NCBI RefSeq assembly: GCF_044704955.1
Contig: NC_091979.1
Span: 141,980,001 to 142,044,000, forward strand
DNA from: Pristiophorus japonicus
Lineage: Eukaryota
Reading direction: 5' to 3'
DNA length: 64,000 bases
Part shown: one piece after another, positions 25,529 to 38,429 of the stretch
Numbering within the stretch: the first letter of the stretch is position 1
How the letters are laid out: every line of letters starts with the position of its first letter
Translations under genes and position numbers: made by a program
Notes under the pieces: generated by a model
The model's database searches: none
Seen by the model: the letters and a program-made list of their open reading frames with translations, nothing else
Told to the model about the DNA's origin: nothing

Positions 25529-27628
25529 TCATAGAAACATAGAAACATAGAAAATAGGTGCAGGAGCAGGCCATTCAGCCCTTCTAGCCTGCACCGCCAT
25601 TCAATGAGTTCATGGCTGAACATGAAACTTCAGTACCCCCTTCCTGCTTTCTTGCCATAACCCTTGATCCCCCGAGTAGTAAGGACTTCATCTAACTCCC
25701 TTTTGAATATATTTAGTGAATTGGCCTCAACTACTTTCTGTGGTAGAGAATTCCACAGGTTCACCACTCTCTGGGTGAAGAAGTTTCTCCTCATCTCGGT
25801 CCTAAATGGCTTACCCCTTATCCTCAGACTGTGACCCCTGGTTCTGGACTTCCCCAACATTGGGAACATTCTTCCTGCATCTAACCTGTCTAAACCCATC
25901 AGAATTTTAAACGTTTCTATGAGGTCCCCTCTCATTCTTCTGAACTCCAGTGAATACAAGCCCAGTTGATCCAGTCTTTCTTGATAGGTCAGTCCCGCCA
26001 TCCCGGGAATCAGTCTGGTGAACCTTCGCTGCACTCCCTCAATAGCAAGAATGTCCTTCCTCAGGTTAGGAGACCAAAACTGTACACAATACTCCAGGTG
26101 TGGCCTCACCAAGGCCCTGTACAACTGTAGCAACACCTCCCTGCCCTTGTATTCAAATCCCCTCGCTATGAAGGCCAACATGCCATTTGCTTTCTTAACC
26201 GCCTGCTGTACCTGCATGCTAGCCTTCAATGACTGATGTACCATGACACCCAGGTCTCGTTGCACCTTCCCTTTTCCTAATCTGTCACCATTCAGATAAT
26301 AGTCTGTCTCTCTGTTTTTACCACCAAAGTGGATAACCTCACATTTATCCACATTATACTTCATCTGCCATGCATTTGCCCACTCACCTAACCTATCCAA
26401 GTCACTCTGCAGCCTAATAGCATCCTCCTCGCAGCTCACACTGCCACCCAACTTAGTGTCATCCGCAAATTTGGAGATACTGCATTTAATCCCCTCGTCT
26501 AAATCATTAATGTACAGTGTAAACAGCTGGGGCCCCAGCACAGAGCCTTGCGGCACCCCACTAGTCACTGCCTGCCATTCTGAAAAGTACCCGTTTACTC
26601 CTACTCTTTGCTTCCTGTCTGACAACCAGTTCTCAATCCACGTCAGCACACTACCCCCAATCCCATGTGCTTTAACTTTGCACATTAATCACTTGTGTGG
26701 GACCTTGTCGAAAGCCTTCTGAAAGTCCAAATATACCACATCAACTGGTTCTCCTTTGTCCACTTTACTGGAAACATCCTCAAAAAATTCCAGAAGATTT
26801 GTCAAGCATGATTTCCCTTTCACAAATCCATGCTGACTTGGACCTATCATGTCACCATTTTCCAGATGCACTGCTATGACATCCTTAATAATTGATTCCA
26901 TCATTTTACCCACTACTGAGGTCAGGCTGACCGGTCTATAATTCCCTGTTTTCTCTCTCCCTCCTTTTTTAAAAAGTGGGGTTACATTGGCTACCCTCCA
27001 CTCCATAGGAACTGATCCAGAGTCAATGGAATGTTGGAAAATGACTGTCAATGCATCCGCTATTTCCAAGGCCACCTCCTTAAGTACTCTGGGATGCAGT
27101 CCATCAGGCCCTGGGGATTTATCGGCCTTCAATCCCATCAATTTCCCCAACACAATTTCCCGACTAATAAAGATTTCCCTCAGTTCCCTCTCCTTACTAG
27201 ACCCTCTGACCCCTTTTATATCCGGAAGGTTGTTTGTATCCTCCTTAGTGAATACCGAACCAAAGTACTTGTTCAATTGGTCTGCCATTTCTTTGTTCCC
27301 CGTTATGACTTCCCCTGATTCTGACTGCAGGGGACCTACGTTTGTCTTTACTAACCTTTTTCTCTTTACATACCTATAGCAACTTTTGCAATCCACCTTA
27401 ATGTTCCCTGCAAGCTTCTTCTCGTACTCCATTTTCCCTGCCCTAATCAAACCCTTTGTCCTCCTCTGCTGAGTTCTAAATTTCTCCCAGTCCCCAGGTT
27501 CGCTGCTATTTCTGGCCAATTTGTATGCCACTTCCTTGGCTTTAATACTATCCCTGATTTCCCTAGATAGCCATGGTTGAGCCACGGTTGAGCCACCTTC
27601 CCTTTTTTATTTTTACGCCAGACTGGAA
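25529..27628 (-). mobile_element. Young 5'-truncated CR1; ORF2 broken by a single in-frame stop
   Basis: (CATAGAAA)3 tail. ORFs 26689-27585 and 25630-26685 share a frame and are separated by TGA where the sister copy has AGA. Confidence 0.93.
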
Positions 27629-27891
27629 TGTAGGAAACACGGCAGCTAATTTGCGCACAAGCAAGTTCCCACAAACAGCAATGTGACAATGACCAGGTAA
27701 TCTGTTTTTTTGTTATGTTGATTGAGAGATAAATATTGGCCAGGTCAGTAGGGATAACTCCCCTGCCCTTCTTCGCAATAGTGCCATGGGATCTTTTACA
27801 TCCACACGAAAGACGGCACCTCCAACAATGCAGTACTTCCTCAGCGCTGCACTGGAGTGTCAGCCTAGATTTTTTTGTGTTCAAGTCCTAT

Positions 27892-29085
27892 TGGCTGAAT
27901 TTTCGCCATCATTTTGCGGCGTCTTTTTGGCCTACTCTGTTTTTTTTGGAGCAGATTAAAATCTGCAAGTTTCACCAACGTTTCTGTGCCATCCTAAACT
28001 ATTTATGGCCGATTTTATTTAGTTCCCGATTTTTTGACGTCACTGGGGGTGCCAGCTGCTGACTGTGCCATTTCTAGCCATTTAAGCGAGTTTGGCCAAG
28101 TAGGACTTTTTCAAAAACTGCACAGTGCACTGTTCTGAAAAACCTTACCTGCACTTAAGAAAATTAGCGCAGAGAAGAGAAAATCGACGCAGAGAAGACG
28201 CCATTGTTTTAGTGGCGTGAAGACACTGGAGTGGGGAGGGGGGGCCTTTCGGTCCGGGATAGCAGCGACACCAGCACCTGTGGCGGGGGCCATTCGGCCC
28301 AGGATAGCAGCGGCACTTGGGGAGGGGGGTCTTTCAGCCCAGGATTGTGGCGGCACCAACACTTGGGGCAGGGGGCCATTCGGCCCGGGGTAGCAGTGGC
28401 ACCAGCAGGGGGTGGGTGGGGCCGTTCGGCCCTGGATATCACAGGCAGGGGGTGGGTGGGGCCGTTTGGCCCGGGATAGCACAGGCAGGGGGTGGGTGGG
28501 GTCGTACGGCCCGGGATAGCACAAGCAGGGGGTGGGTGGGGCCATTCGGCCCAGGGTAGCACAGGCAGGGGGTGGGTGGGGCCATTCGGCCCGGGATAGC
28601 ACAGGCAGGGGGTGGGTGGGGCCATTCGGCCCGGGATAGCAGTGGCACTGGGGCTCTACAAAAAAGTGGTAACCTAATGTGCGATTGTGTGTGGAATGAC
28701 TTTCATTTTATTCGGCCTGTTTCATCTAAAATTGAAGAAATAAATATTGCAGAGTATGATGGATTGTCACGACAATCTTCCAATAAACAGAAGTGAGGAG
28801 ACCTTGGCAATGGTAATATGTACCTACATCTGTCTTGCTGCATCTTGTATGTTTCACTTTGCAGCCTCAGCCCTTCAGTGTGACCCTCGTTGCCCTGGCA
28901 ACCTCGGTTTTCGGCGCAGAACTTATATTCCACCCACAGAGCTTAAGGACAATCTGCGCCGCTCCAAAATGAATGGTTATGCCGGAAAAACTTGGAACTT
29001 TTTTTTTTGGCGCAGTCGGCCACTAAAAAATCGGACGTACCTCTACAACTGCGCCAAAAATCGACTATGTGGAAAATTGGCCCCC
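27892..29085. mobile_element. Harbinger-type MITE inserted in the SINE
   Basis: Imperfect TIRs GGCTGAATTTTC and GAAAATTGGCCCC. SINE sequence resumes directly on either side. Confidence 0.7.
28250..28645. repeat. G-rich 40-bp tandem repeat (ACAGGCAGGGGGTGGGTGGGGCCATTCGGCCCGGGATAGC)n
   Basis: About 6 well-conserved copies at 28400-28640, with degenerate copies upstream. Confidence 0.92.
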
Positions 29086-29669
29086 TGGCGTGGGACTTGA
29101 ACCCAGAACCTTTTGACTCAGAGGCAAAAGTGCTACCCACTTAGCCACAGCTGACACTATTTTCAAGCCCTGGCCAGGCCACACTTAGATTACTGTGCAG
29201 AAAGATTTACACGGATGGTACCAGAACTGAGAGATTACAGCTATGAGGGAAGATTGAACAGATTGGGGTTTTTTTTCATTAGAAAAGAGAAGACTTAGAG
29301 ATGACCTGATAGCGATCTTTAAAATTATGAATGGGTTGGACAGGGTATGTGTGGAGAGAATGTTTCCACTTGTGGGACAATCCAAAATTAGGGTCATAAA
29401 TACAAGATAGTTACTGATAAATCCAATAGGGAAATAAGGAGAAATTTCTTTATTTAGTGAGTGATTAGAATGTGGAACTTGCTACCACAGGAAGTGTTTG
29501 AGGCAAATAGCTTAGATGCTTTCAAAAGGAAACTAGACGAGTACATGAGATAAAAGGGAATAGAAAGATATGTTGAAAGGCTGAAATAAGGTAGATGGAA
29601 TGAGAGGAGACTCGTGTGGAGTATAAACCAACAAAGAATTGTTGGGCCAAATGGCTGTATATTTTATGG

Positions 29670-31958
29670 CCATATAGGAGAGCGGGTATCACAACTGCTC
29701 TGTAGACCATAAGCTTGGTGCCAGATTTGAGGTCCTGGTCTTCAAACACTCTCTTCCTCAAGCGACCGAAGGCTGCACTGGCACACTGAAGGCGGTGTTG
29801 GACCTCGTCATCGATGTCTGCCCTTGTTTGACAGTAGGCTCCCGAGGTGAGGAAAATGGTCCACGTTGCCCAAGGCCTCATGTGGATTTTGATAACCGGG
29901 GGGCAGTATTGTGTGGCGGAGTCAATTTGGTAGAGGACCTTTGTCTTACGGATGTTGAGTGTAAGGACCATGCTCTCGTACGCCTCGGTGAAGGTGTTGA
30001 TGATGGCTTGGAGTTTGGCCTCCGAGTGTGCGCAGACGCAAGCGTCGTCTGCATACTGTAGTTCAATGACAGAGGATGGTACGACCTTGGATCTGGTCTG
30101 GAGGCAACAGAGGTTGAACAGATTCCCATTTGTTCTATAATTTAGCTCCTCTCCAGTGGGGAGCTTGCTGAGGGTGAGATGGAGCATTGCAGCAATAAAG
30201 ATCGAGAAGAGTGTTGGTGCGATAACGCAGCCTTGTTTGACCCCGGTCCGGACGTGGATTGGGTCTGTGGTGGATCCATTGATCAGGATTATATACAGCA
30301 GACACCTCAAAACGCTGGAGAAGTACCACCACGCTGCCTCCGCAAGATCATGCAAATCCATTGCCAGGATTGACGCACTGACGTCGGTGTTCTCGCTCAG
30401 GCCAACATCCCTTCATCGAAGTATTGACCACGCTCGATCAGCTCCGTTGGACGGGCCACATCGTCCGCATGCCTGACACGAGACTCCCAAAACAAGCGCT
30501 CTACTCGGAGGTTCGACACGACAAGCGAGCCCCAGGTGACCAGAGGAAACGCTTTAAGGACACCCTCAAAGCCTCCTTGGAAAAAGTGCAACATCCCCAC
30601 CGACACCTGGGAGTCCCTGGCCCAAGACCGCCCAAAGTGGAGGAAGAACATCCGGGAGGGTGGTAAGCACCTCGAGTCTCATCGCCGAGAGTAAGCAGAA
30701 ATCAAGCATAGACAGCAGAAGGAGCATGCAGCAACCCAGGCTCCCCATCCACCTGTTCAGAAAACAGAGTAGGGATAAATGGTTCATTCTCGGGTTGGCA
30801 ATCAGTAACCAGTGGGGTGCCGCAGGGATCAGTGCTGGGACTCCAACTATTTACAATGTATATTAACGACTTGGAGGAAGGGACTGAGAGCCAAGTTTGC
30901 CGACGATGCAAAGATGGGAGGAAAATCAATGTGTGAGGAGGACACACAAAATCTGCAAAAGGACATAGACGGCTAAGTGAGGGAGCAAAAATTTGTCAGG
31001 TGAAGTATAAAGTTGGAAAGTGTGAGGTCAGAGTTTTGGCAGAAAAAAAATCAAAGAGCAAGTTATTATTTAAATGGAGAAAGATTGCAAAGTGCTGCAA
31101 AGCGGGACCTGGGGGTACTTGTTCATGAAACACAAAAGGTTAGTATGCAGGTACAGCATGTGATCAGGAAGGCCAATGGAATCTTCCCCTTTATTGCAAA
31201 GGGGATGGAGTATAAAAGCAGGAAAGTCTTGCTACAGTTGTACAGGGTATTGGTGAGGCTACACCTGGAATACTGCGTGCAGTTTTGGTTTCCATATTTA
31301 CGAAAGGATATACTTGCTTTGGGAGCAGTTCAGAGAAGGTTCACAGGATTGCTTCCAGAGATGAGGGGGTTGACTTATGAGGAAAGGTTGAGTAGGTTGG
31401 GCCTCTACTCATTGGAGTTAGAAGAATGAGAGGTGACCTTATCGAAACGTATAAGGTTATGAGGGGGCTTGACAATGTGGATACAGAGAGGATGTTTCCG
31501 CTGATGGGGGAGACTAGAACTAGAGGGCATAATCTTAGAATAAGGGGTCGCCCATTTAAAACAGAGATGAGGAGAAATTTCTTCTCTGAGGGTTGTGGAT
31601 CTGTGGAATTCGCTGCCTCAGAGAACTGTGGAATCTGGGACATTGAATAAATTTAAGACAGAAAGAGACAGTTTCTTAAACGATAAGGGAATAAGGGGTT
31701 ATGGAGAGCGGGCAGGGAAGTGGATCTGAGTCCATGATCGGATCAGCCATGATTGTATTAAATGGCGGAGCAGGCTCGAGGGGCCATATGGCCTTCTCCT
31801 GCTCCTATTTTCTATGTTCTTATGTTCCTTCAACCACCGTCTGCCCCACTTGTGACAGAGACTATGGGTCCCGCATTGGACTCGTCAGTCGCCTAAGAAC
31901 TCACTTTCATCATGGAAGCAAATCATCCTCGACTCTGAGGGACTGCCGAAGAAGAAGG
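29670..31958 (+). mobile_element. RTE LINE with inverted 5' segment, later interrupted by a CR1 fragment
   Basis: Minus block about 29670-30287 (GVKQGC, QYADD). Plus blocks about 30288-30755 and 31827-31958 with a (GAA)n tail. 11-bp TSD ATATTTTATGG at 29659-69 and 31959-69. Confidence 0.88.
30757..31826 (+). mobile_element. CR1 3' fragment nested in the RTE
   Basis: RT C-terminal ORFs 31013-31429 and 31426-31650, and a TTCTATGTTCTTATG tail. Confidence 0.88.
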
Positions 31959-32099
31959 ATATTTTATGGAATTCTATGCATTCTGCACTAGACTTTGCGT
32001 TGGACTTTAACTTGGTATCATGTGCAAATTTTGAAATCATACTTTCGATTCCCATTTGTTCTCCGATTTCTGAGTCCCGAGGAAGAAAGACAACATCAC

Positions 32100-32292
32100 T
32101 TAAATAAAAACAGATTATCTGATCATTATCATATTCCTGTTCATGAGACCGTGCTGTGTGAAAATTGGCTGCCTTGTTTCCTACATTACAAAACTGACTT
32201 GACCTCAGAAGTACTTAATTAGCTATAAAGTGTTTGGGGCGTCCTGAGCTCATGAAAGGTGTCATATAATTGCAAGTCTTTTCTTTCTTTCT
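32100..32292 (+). mobile_element. Deu-type SINE 3' fragment
   Basis: Matches the 3' half and tail of the SINE at 11480-11932 in the opposite orientation. Confidence 0.65.
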
Positions 32293-32500
32293 GACTAAGA
32301 AGCGAGAGTGCTATCAAGCAGAAACATAACACAAAAATAAGACAGTGTACAGTTCTTGTGCTAAAACATCTTACAACAAATAATTTTTTAACCTGGTTGT
32401 TTTATTAATTCTTTCTTCACCAACTTCAGAAGTTGTCTGGCTTGTCTTATTCTCTTCAGAGGTTCCTGTTGGATAACCTTTCTTCAAAGGCTCTGACTCA

Positions 32501-35097
32501 AACATAGAAACATAGAAAATATGTGCAGGAGTAGGCCATTCGGCCCTTCTAGCCTGCACCGCCATTCAATGAGTTCATGGCTGAACATGCAACTTCAGTA
32601 CCCCATTCCTGCTTTCTCGCCATACCCCTTGATCCCCCTAGTAGTAAGGACTTCATCTAACTCCTTTTTGAATATATTTAGTGAATTGGCCTCAACAACT
32701 TTCTGTTGTAGAGAATTTCACAGGTTCACCACTCTCTGGGTGAAGAAGTTTCTCCTCATCTTGGTCCTAAATGGTTTACCCCTTATCCTTAAACTGTCAC
32801 CTGGTTTTGGACTTCCCCAACATTGGGAACATTCTTCCTGCATCTAACCTGTCTAAACCCATCAGAATTTCAAACGTTTCTATGAGGTCCCCTCTCATTC
32901 TTCTGAACTCCAGTGAATACAAGCCCAGTTGATCCAGTCTTTCTTGATAGTTCAGTCCCGCCATCCCGGGAATGAGTCTGGTGAACCTTCGCTGCACTCC
33001 CTCAATAGCAAGAATGTCCTTCCTCAGGTTAGGAGACCAAAACTGTACACAATACTCCAGGTGTGGCCTCACCAAGGCCCTGTACAACTGTAGCAACACC
33101 TCCCTGCCCCGAAACTCAAATCCCCTCGCTATGAAGGCCAACATGCCATTTGCTTTCTTAACCGCCTGCTGTACCTGCATGCCAACCTTCAATGACTGAT
33201 GTACCATGACACCCAGGTCTCGTTGCACCTCCCCTTTTCCTAATCTGTCACCATTCAGATAATAGTCTGTCTCTCTGTTTTTACCACCAAAGTGGATAAC
33301 CTCACATTTATCCACATTATACTTCATCTGCCATGCATTTGCCCACTCACCTAACCTATCCAAGTCGCTCTGCAGCCTCATAGCATCCTCCTCGCAGCTC
33401 ACACTGCCACCCAACTTAGTGTCATCTGCAAATTTGGAGATACTACATTTAATCCCCTCGTCTAAATCATTAATGTACAGTGTAAACAGCTGGGGCCCCA
33501 GCACAGAACCTTGCGGTACCCCACTAGTCACTGACTGCCATTCTGAAAAGTCCCCATTTACTCCTACTCTTTGCTTCCTGTCTGACAACCAGTTCTCAAT
33601 CCATGTCAGTACACTATCCCCAATCCCATGTGCTTTAACTTTGCACATTAATCTCTTGTGTGGGACCTTGTCGAAAGCCTTCTGAAAGTCCAAATATACC
33701 ACATCAACTGGTTCTCCCTTGTCCACTCTACTGGAAACATCCTCAAAAAATTCCAGAAGATTTGTCAAGCATGATTTCCCTTTCACAAATCCATGCTGTC
33801 TTGGACCTATCATGTCACCTCTTTCCAAATGCACTGCTATGACATCCTTAATAATTGATTCCATCATTTTACCCACTACCGATGTCAGGCTGACTGGTCT
33901 ATAATTCCCTGTTTTCTCTCTCCCTCCTTTTTTAAAAAGTGGGGTTACATTGGCTACCCTCCACTCGATAGGAACTGATCCAGAGTCAATGGAATGTTGG
34001 AAAATGACTGTCAATGCATCTGCTATTTCCAAGGCCACCTCCTTAAGTACTCTGGGATGCAGTCCATCAGGCCCTGGGGATTTATCGGCCTTCAATCCCA
34101 TCAATTTCCCCAACACAATTTCCCGACTAATAAGGATTTCCCTTAGTTCCTCCTCCTTACTAGACCCTCTGACCCCTTTTATATCCGGAAGGTTGTTTGT
34201 GTCCTCCTTAGTGAATACCGAACCAAAGTACTTGTTCGATTGGTCCGCCATTTCTTTGTTCCCCGTTATGACTTCTCCTGATTCTGACTGCAGGGGACCT
34301 ACGTTTGTCTTTACTAACCTTTTTCTCTTTACATATCTATAGAAACTTTTGCAATCCGTCTTAATGTTCCCTGCAAGCTTCTTCTCGTACTCCATTTTCC
34401 CTGCCCTAATCAAACCCTTTGTCCTCCTCTGCTGAGTTCTAAATTTCTCCCAGTCCCCGGGTTCGCTGCTATTTCTGGCCAATTTGTATGCCACTTCTTT
34501 GGCTTTAATACTATCCCTGATTTCCCTTGATAGCCACGGTTGAGCCACCTTCCCTTTTTTATTTTTACGCCAGACAGGAATGTACAATTGTTGTCGTTCA
34601 TCCATGCGGTCTCTAAATGTCTGCCATTGCCCATCCACAGTCAACCCCTTAAGTATCATTCGCCAATCTATCCTAGCCAATTCACGCCTCATACCTTCAA
34701 AGTTACCCTTCTTTAAGTTCTGGACCATGGTCTCCGAATTAACTGTTTCATTCTCCATCCTAATGCAGAATTCCACCATATTATGGTCATTCTTCCCCAA
34801 GGGGCCTCGCACAACGAGATTGCTAATTAATCCTCTCTCATTACACAACATCCAGTCTAAGATGGCCTGCCCCCTAGTTGGTTCCTCGACATATTGGTCG
34901 AGAAAACCATCCCTTATGCACACCAGGAAATCCTCCTCCACCGTATTGCTTCCAGTTTGGTTAGCCCAATCTATGTGCATATTGAAGTCACCCATTATAA
35001 CTGCTGCACCTTTACTGCATGCACCCCTAATTTCCTGTTTGATGCCCTCCCCAACATCACTGCTACTGTTTGGAGGTCTGTACACAACTCCCACTAA
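32501..35097 (-). mobile_element. Young 5'-truncated CR1 with a 765-aa open ORF2 (32797-35094)
   Basis: Uninterrupted C-terminal half of APE plus RT, CATAGAAA tail, candidate TSD ACTCA at 32496-500 and 35098-102. Nearly identical to 25529-27628. Confidence 0.94.
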
Positions 35098-36333
35098 ACT
35101 CAGTGATTTGCAAAATTTGAGTTCAGCAGTTATTTAAATAATTGTCTGTTATATTCAAAAAGCTGCCAGTCAGACACTCATCTGAGCAAATTACACAGCA
35201 TGTTTGTATTTGAATTGAGTGGTTTGATTCTCCCTCGAGTCAACTGCTTGCAGACCAACCAAAGTAACACCAAATCGGGTTAAGCTGGGGCATTGGCCTG
35301 GATATTAATAGGGGCGAGTTACGTGGGGGTGGGGAGTTTCTGATAGGTAACCCTGAAGTTTGGGGTTTCCCCGCAGATATTTTAACTCCACAGCGTGCAT
35401 TTATTGGCTTGACAGGCTCTCTGCCCAGAACTCAGCCTGATTGACAGGCTTGGTTTCCAGTCAGGCTAGGAACATTCCAGAGCAGGCCGCAGGAGCAGGC
35501 AAGCCTGATCCCTGACCTCGGGGCGGTGGGGGGGGGGAAGGTCTGATACTCGACCCCATGGAGGGGCCGATCCCGTGGAGGGGTCCTTTCCACGACCCCG
35601 GGGGCCTTTATATGAGGGAGAGCTTAGAGGACCGAGGGGGAAGCACTCCTGCTCCTCCTGGCCCACAAGCAGTGCTGTGAAGACATTTAGCTTTTCCTTG
35701 AAGCCTTCCTCGCCTCACTTCAGCTACCGGTTTATTTTTTAGGGAGGTAGCAATTTGGTGTGTTATAAGAAAAAGTTATAAATTGTAAGAGACAGTAAAA
35801 AATCATTCTCCTTCCTGGGCTATTGTGTGATATTTAGTGAAGAAAGGTAGTTGCAGTTTCTGAGGAACACACACAATTAACTATAGTACAATGCAATACT
35901 TTAGACTGGATTTTTGGCTGATTTGCGTCCCATTTAGCGCCTCGGTGGGGTGCAAAAATGATTTATTTGGGCGTGAAACGAGATGCACAAGATTTTGCGC
36001 CCGGGTGGAATTTTCGTCAGTGGTTTTGTGGAGGCACTAAAACAGTGTCCCAACGCTGTTTTGACCGTTTGCATGACCACTTACGTTATCCATCGCTGCG
36101 CTAGTGCATTTTGAGCATTTCACCCGATTTAGCATTTGCCCGAGAACCCGCCCAGAAAAACCAGACGGACCCAGGGTGCACCAGGCACTAACGGCGCCAT
36201 CTTGAAAACGGAGGTAAAAGTCGCAGCAGTGGGCAATTGAAAGGATTGGGAGAAGAACGCTGCGTTAATGCATACTTTTGATTGTGAAGTTTATGTGAGT
36301 TTCCAGTTTGTTTTATCAAAGACATTTTAAAAG

Positions 36334-37466
36334 ATGGGGGCCATGCTAGGTCGGGAGCCAGTAATCCTGGCTGCTATATTCATATGGCTTCGAGCTGGAA
36401 GAAGGCTTATTGTTGATCATTTGCAACGTAATCGAAGAGGTCGCAGACGTATGGGGAGGAGGCCTTACCCCCAAACGAGTTTACAGGAAACATCACTCAT
36501 ACCTCCAGCTCTCTGCGGCACAATACGTTAGAAGGCTGCGTTCCCGAAAAGAGGTAGTCATATAGATATACCAGCTCATACAGGCGGACCTACAACCTAC
36601 CAGCAGCACCAGGATTGCACTGTCCGTTGAGCTGAAGGTGACTGTGGCACTTGCCTTCTATGCCTCCGCTCCTTTCAGGCATTAGCGGGGGACATATGCT
36701 CCATCTTGCAGCATGCTACACATTGCAACATTCGCCAGGTGACTACTGCACTGTATGCACGCAGGATGGACTTCATAAACTTCCCAATAACCAAGGAGGC
36801 CCAGAATGAGAGGGTTGTAGGTTTTGGACGATTTGCTGGCTTCCCCAAGGGTGCCATTGACTGTACGCACATCGCCCTGCGAGCACCTTTACTCAATCCA
36901 GATGTTTACCAAAACCGAAAGGGATTCCACCGTGAACGTACAGATCGTCTGCGACCATACTTAACGCATCATGGCAGTCAGTGCCCAATATCCAGGGAAC
37001 ATTCATGATGCTTTCATGCATGTTCCAGCGTCAACCACAAGGTTAGATCTGGATGCTTGGGGACAAAGGTTATGGCCTCACCACCTGGCTCATGACCCCT
37101 CCCTCCAGAACCCTCAGACAAAAGTCGAGCATCGCTATAATGAAAGCCATGCAACCACACGCAACATTGTCGAACAGATAATTGGAGTGCTCAAGCAGCG
37201 TTGCCGATGCCTGGACCACTCTGGAGGTTGCCTGAAATACTCTCCTCAGCAGACCTGAGTTCATTGTGGTGTGCTGCATGCTACACAACTTAGCCATCAT
37301 GAGGGGACAGGAATTGCCAATGGGGATTGCAGAATCACCTGAGGAGAGGGGAGGAAGGAGGAAAAGGAGCCTGGAGAGGATCCAATGCCGCCACCACCAC
37401 CACAACCACAGGGAAGGCATCGTGGATATTTTACCGCTGCAAAAACCTTGCATCGGCAGCGCATAA
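36334..37466 (+). pseudogene. Harbinger DDE transposase (HARBI1-like), frameshifted
   Basis: Motifs GFP..GAIDCTHI, NRKGFH, YPGNIHD, YNESHATTRNIVEQIIGVLKQRCRCL and CCMLHNLA. Confidence 0.9.
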
Positions 37467-37474
37467 TTGAATGC

Positions 37475-38396
37475 TTTGCCCTTATACATGGCCGCCTTCG
37501 ACCTTATAAAGGCCTTTGACACTGTCAACCACGAGGGTCTATGGAGCGTCCTTCTCTGCTTCGGATGCATCCAAAAGTTCGTCACCATCCTTCGCCTGCT
37601 CCACAACGACATGCAGGTCGTGATCCTTCCCAACGGGTCCATTACAGACCCAATCCACGTTTGGACCGGGGTCAAACAAGGCTGCGTCATCGCTCCAATC
37701 TTCCTCGCTGCTATGATCCACCTCACAGTCAACAAGCTACCCGCTGGAGCGGAACTAAACTACAGAACCAGTAGGAACCTGTTCAACCTTCGCCATCTGC
37801 AGGCCAGGTCCAAAACCAACCCAACCTTTGTCGTCGAGCTACAGTACGCGGACGATGGATGCATCTGCGCACATACAGAGGCTGAACTCCAGGACATAGT
37901 CGACGTATTTATTGAGGCGTATGAAAGCATGGGCCTTACGCTAAACATCCAGAAGACAAAAGTCCTCCACCAGCCTGTCCTCGCCACATAGCATTGCCCC
38001 CCAGTCATCAAGATCCACAGCGCGGCCCTGGACAACGTGAACCATTTCCCATACCTCGGGAGCCTCTTATCAACAAGAGCAGATATTGATGAGGAGATTC
38101 AACACCGCCCCCAGTGCGCCAGTGCAGCCTTCGGCCGCCTGAGGAAAAGAGTGTTCACATACCAGGCTCTCAAATCTGCCACCAAGCTCATGATCTACAG
38201 GGCTGTAGTAATACCACCCTCCTGTATGGCTCAGACATGGATCATGTACAGTAGACACCTCAAGTCGCTGGAGAAATACCACCAATGATGTCTCCGCAAA
38301 ATCATACAAATCCCCTGGGAGGACAGACAAACCAACATTAGCGTACTCGACCAGGCCAACATCCCCAGCATTGAAGCACTGACCACACTTGATCAG
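37475..38396 (+). mobile_element. RTE RT fragment inside the Harbinger element
   Basis: DLIKAFDTV, GVKQGC, QYADD and FPYLGS in ORFs 37467-37991 and 38037-38288. Confidence 0.88.
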
Positions 38397-38429
38397 GGAA
38401 ATCACTTCTGTCGCAAGTTCCATTCACAT

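Larger units (their letters stand above)
21103..29158 (-). mobile_element. Deu-type tRNA SINE split into three pieces (about 21103-21208, 27629-27891, 29086-29158)
   Basis: The pieces join to reconstruct a relative of the element at 11480-11932. The head piece retains the B box GGTTCAAGTCAC/CC region (GGGTTCAAGTCCCA on minus). Confidence 0.82.
17060..29655 (+). mobile_element. Old CR1 RT and 3' region split into three blocks (about 17060-17577, 20804-21102, 29160-29655)
   Basis: The degenerate RT reading continues across the insertions: ...EECN|IQEDIRKL... and ...MLNLYK|..RPHLDYC... Confidence 0.8.

Noticed and set aside
28111-28796. Pro- or Gly-rich ORFs, also at 60554-61260
   Set aside because: They are products of the 40-bp and 86-bp tandem repeats.
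32797-35094. Retron, group II intron, DGR or domesticated RT gene
   Set aside because: It is a standard CR1 ORF2, 5'-truncated, with a CR1 tail and a near-identical sister copy.
36334-37466. Host HARBI1 or NAIF1/MSANTD genes
   Set aside because: The copies are frameshifted, lie within TIR-bounded elements and occur several times in the window.
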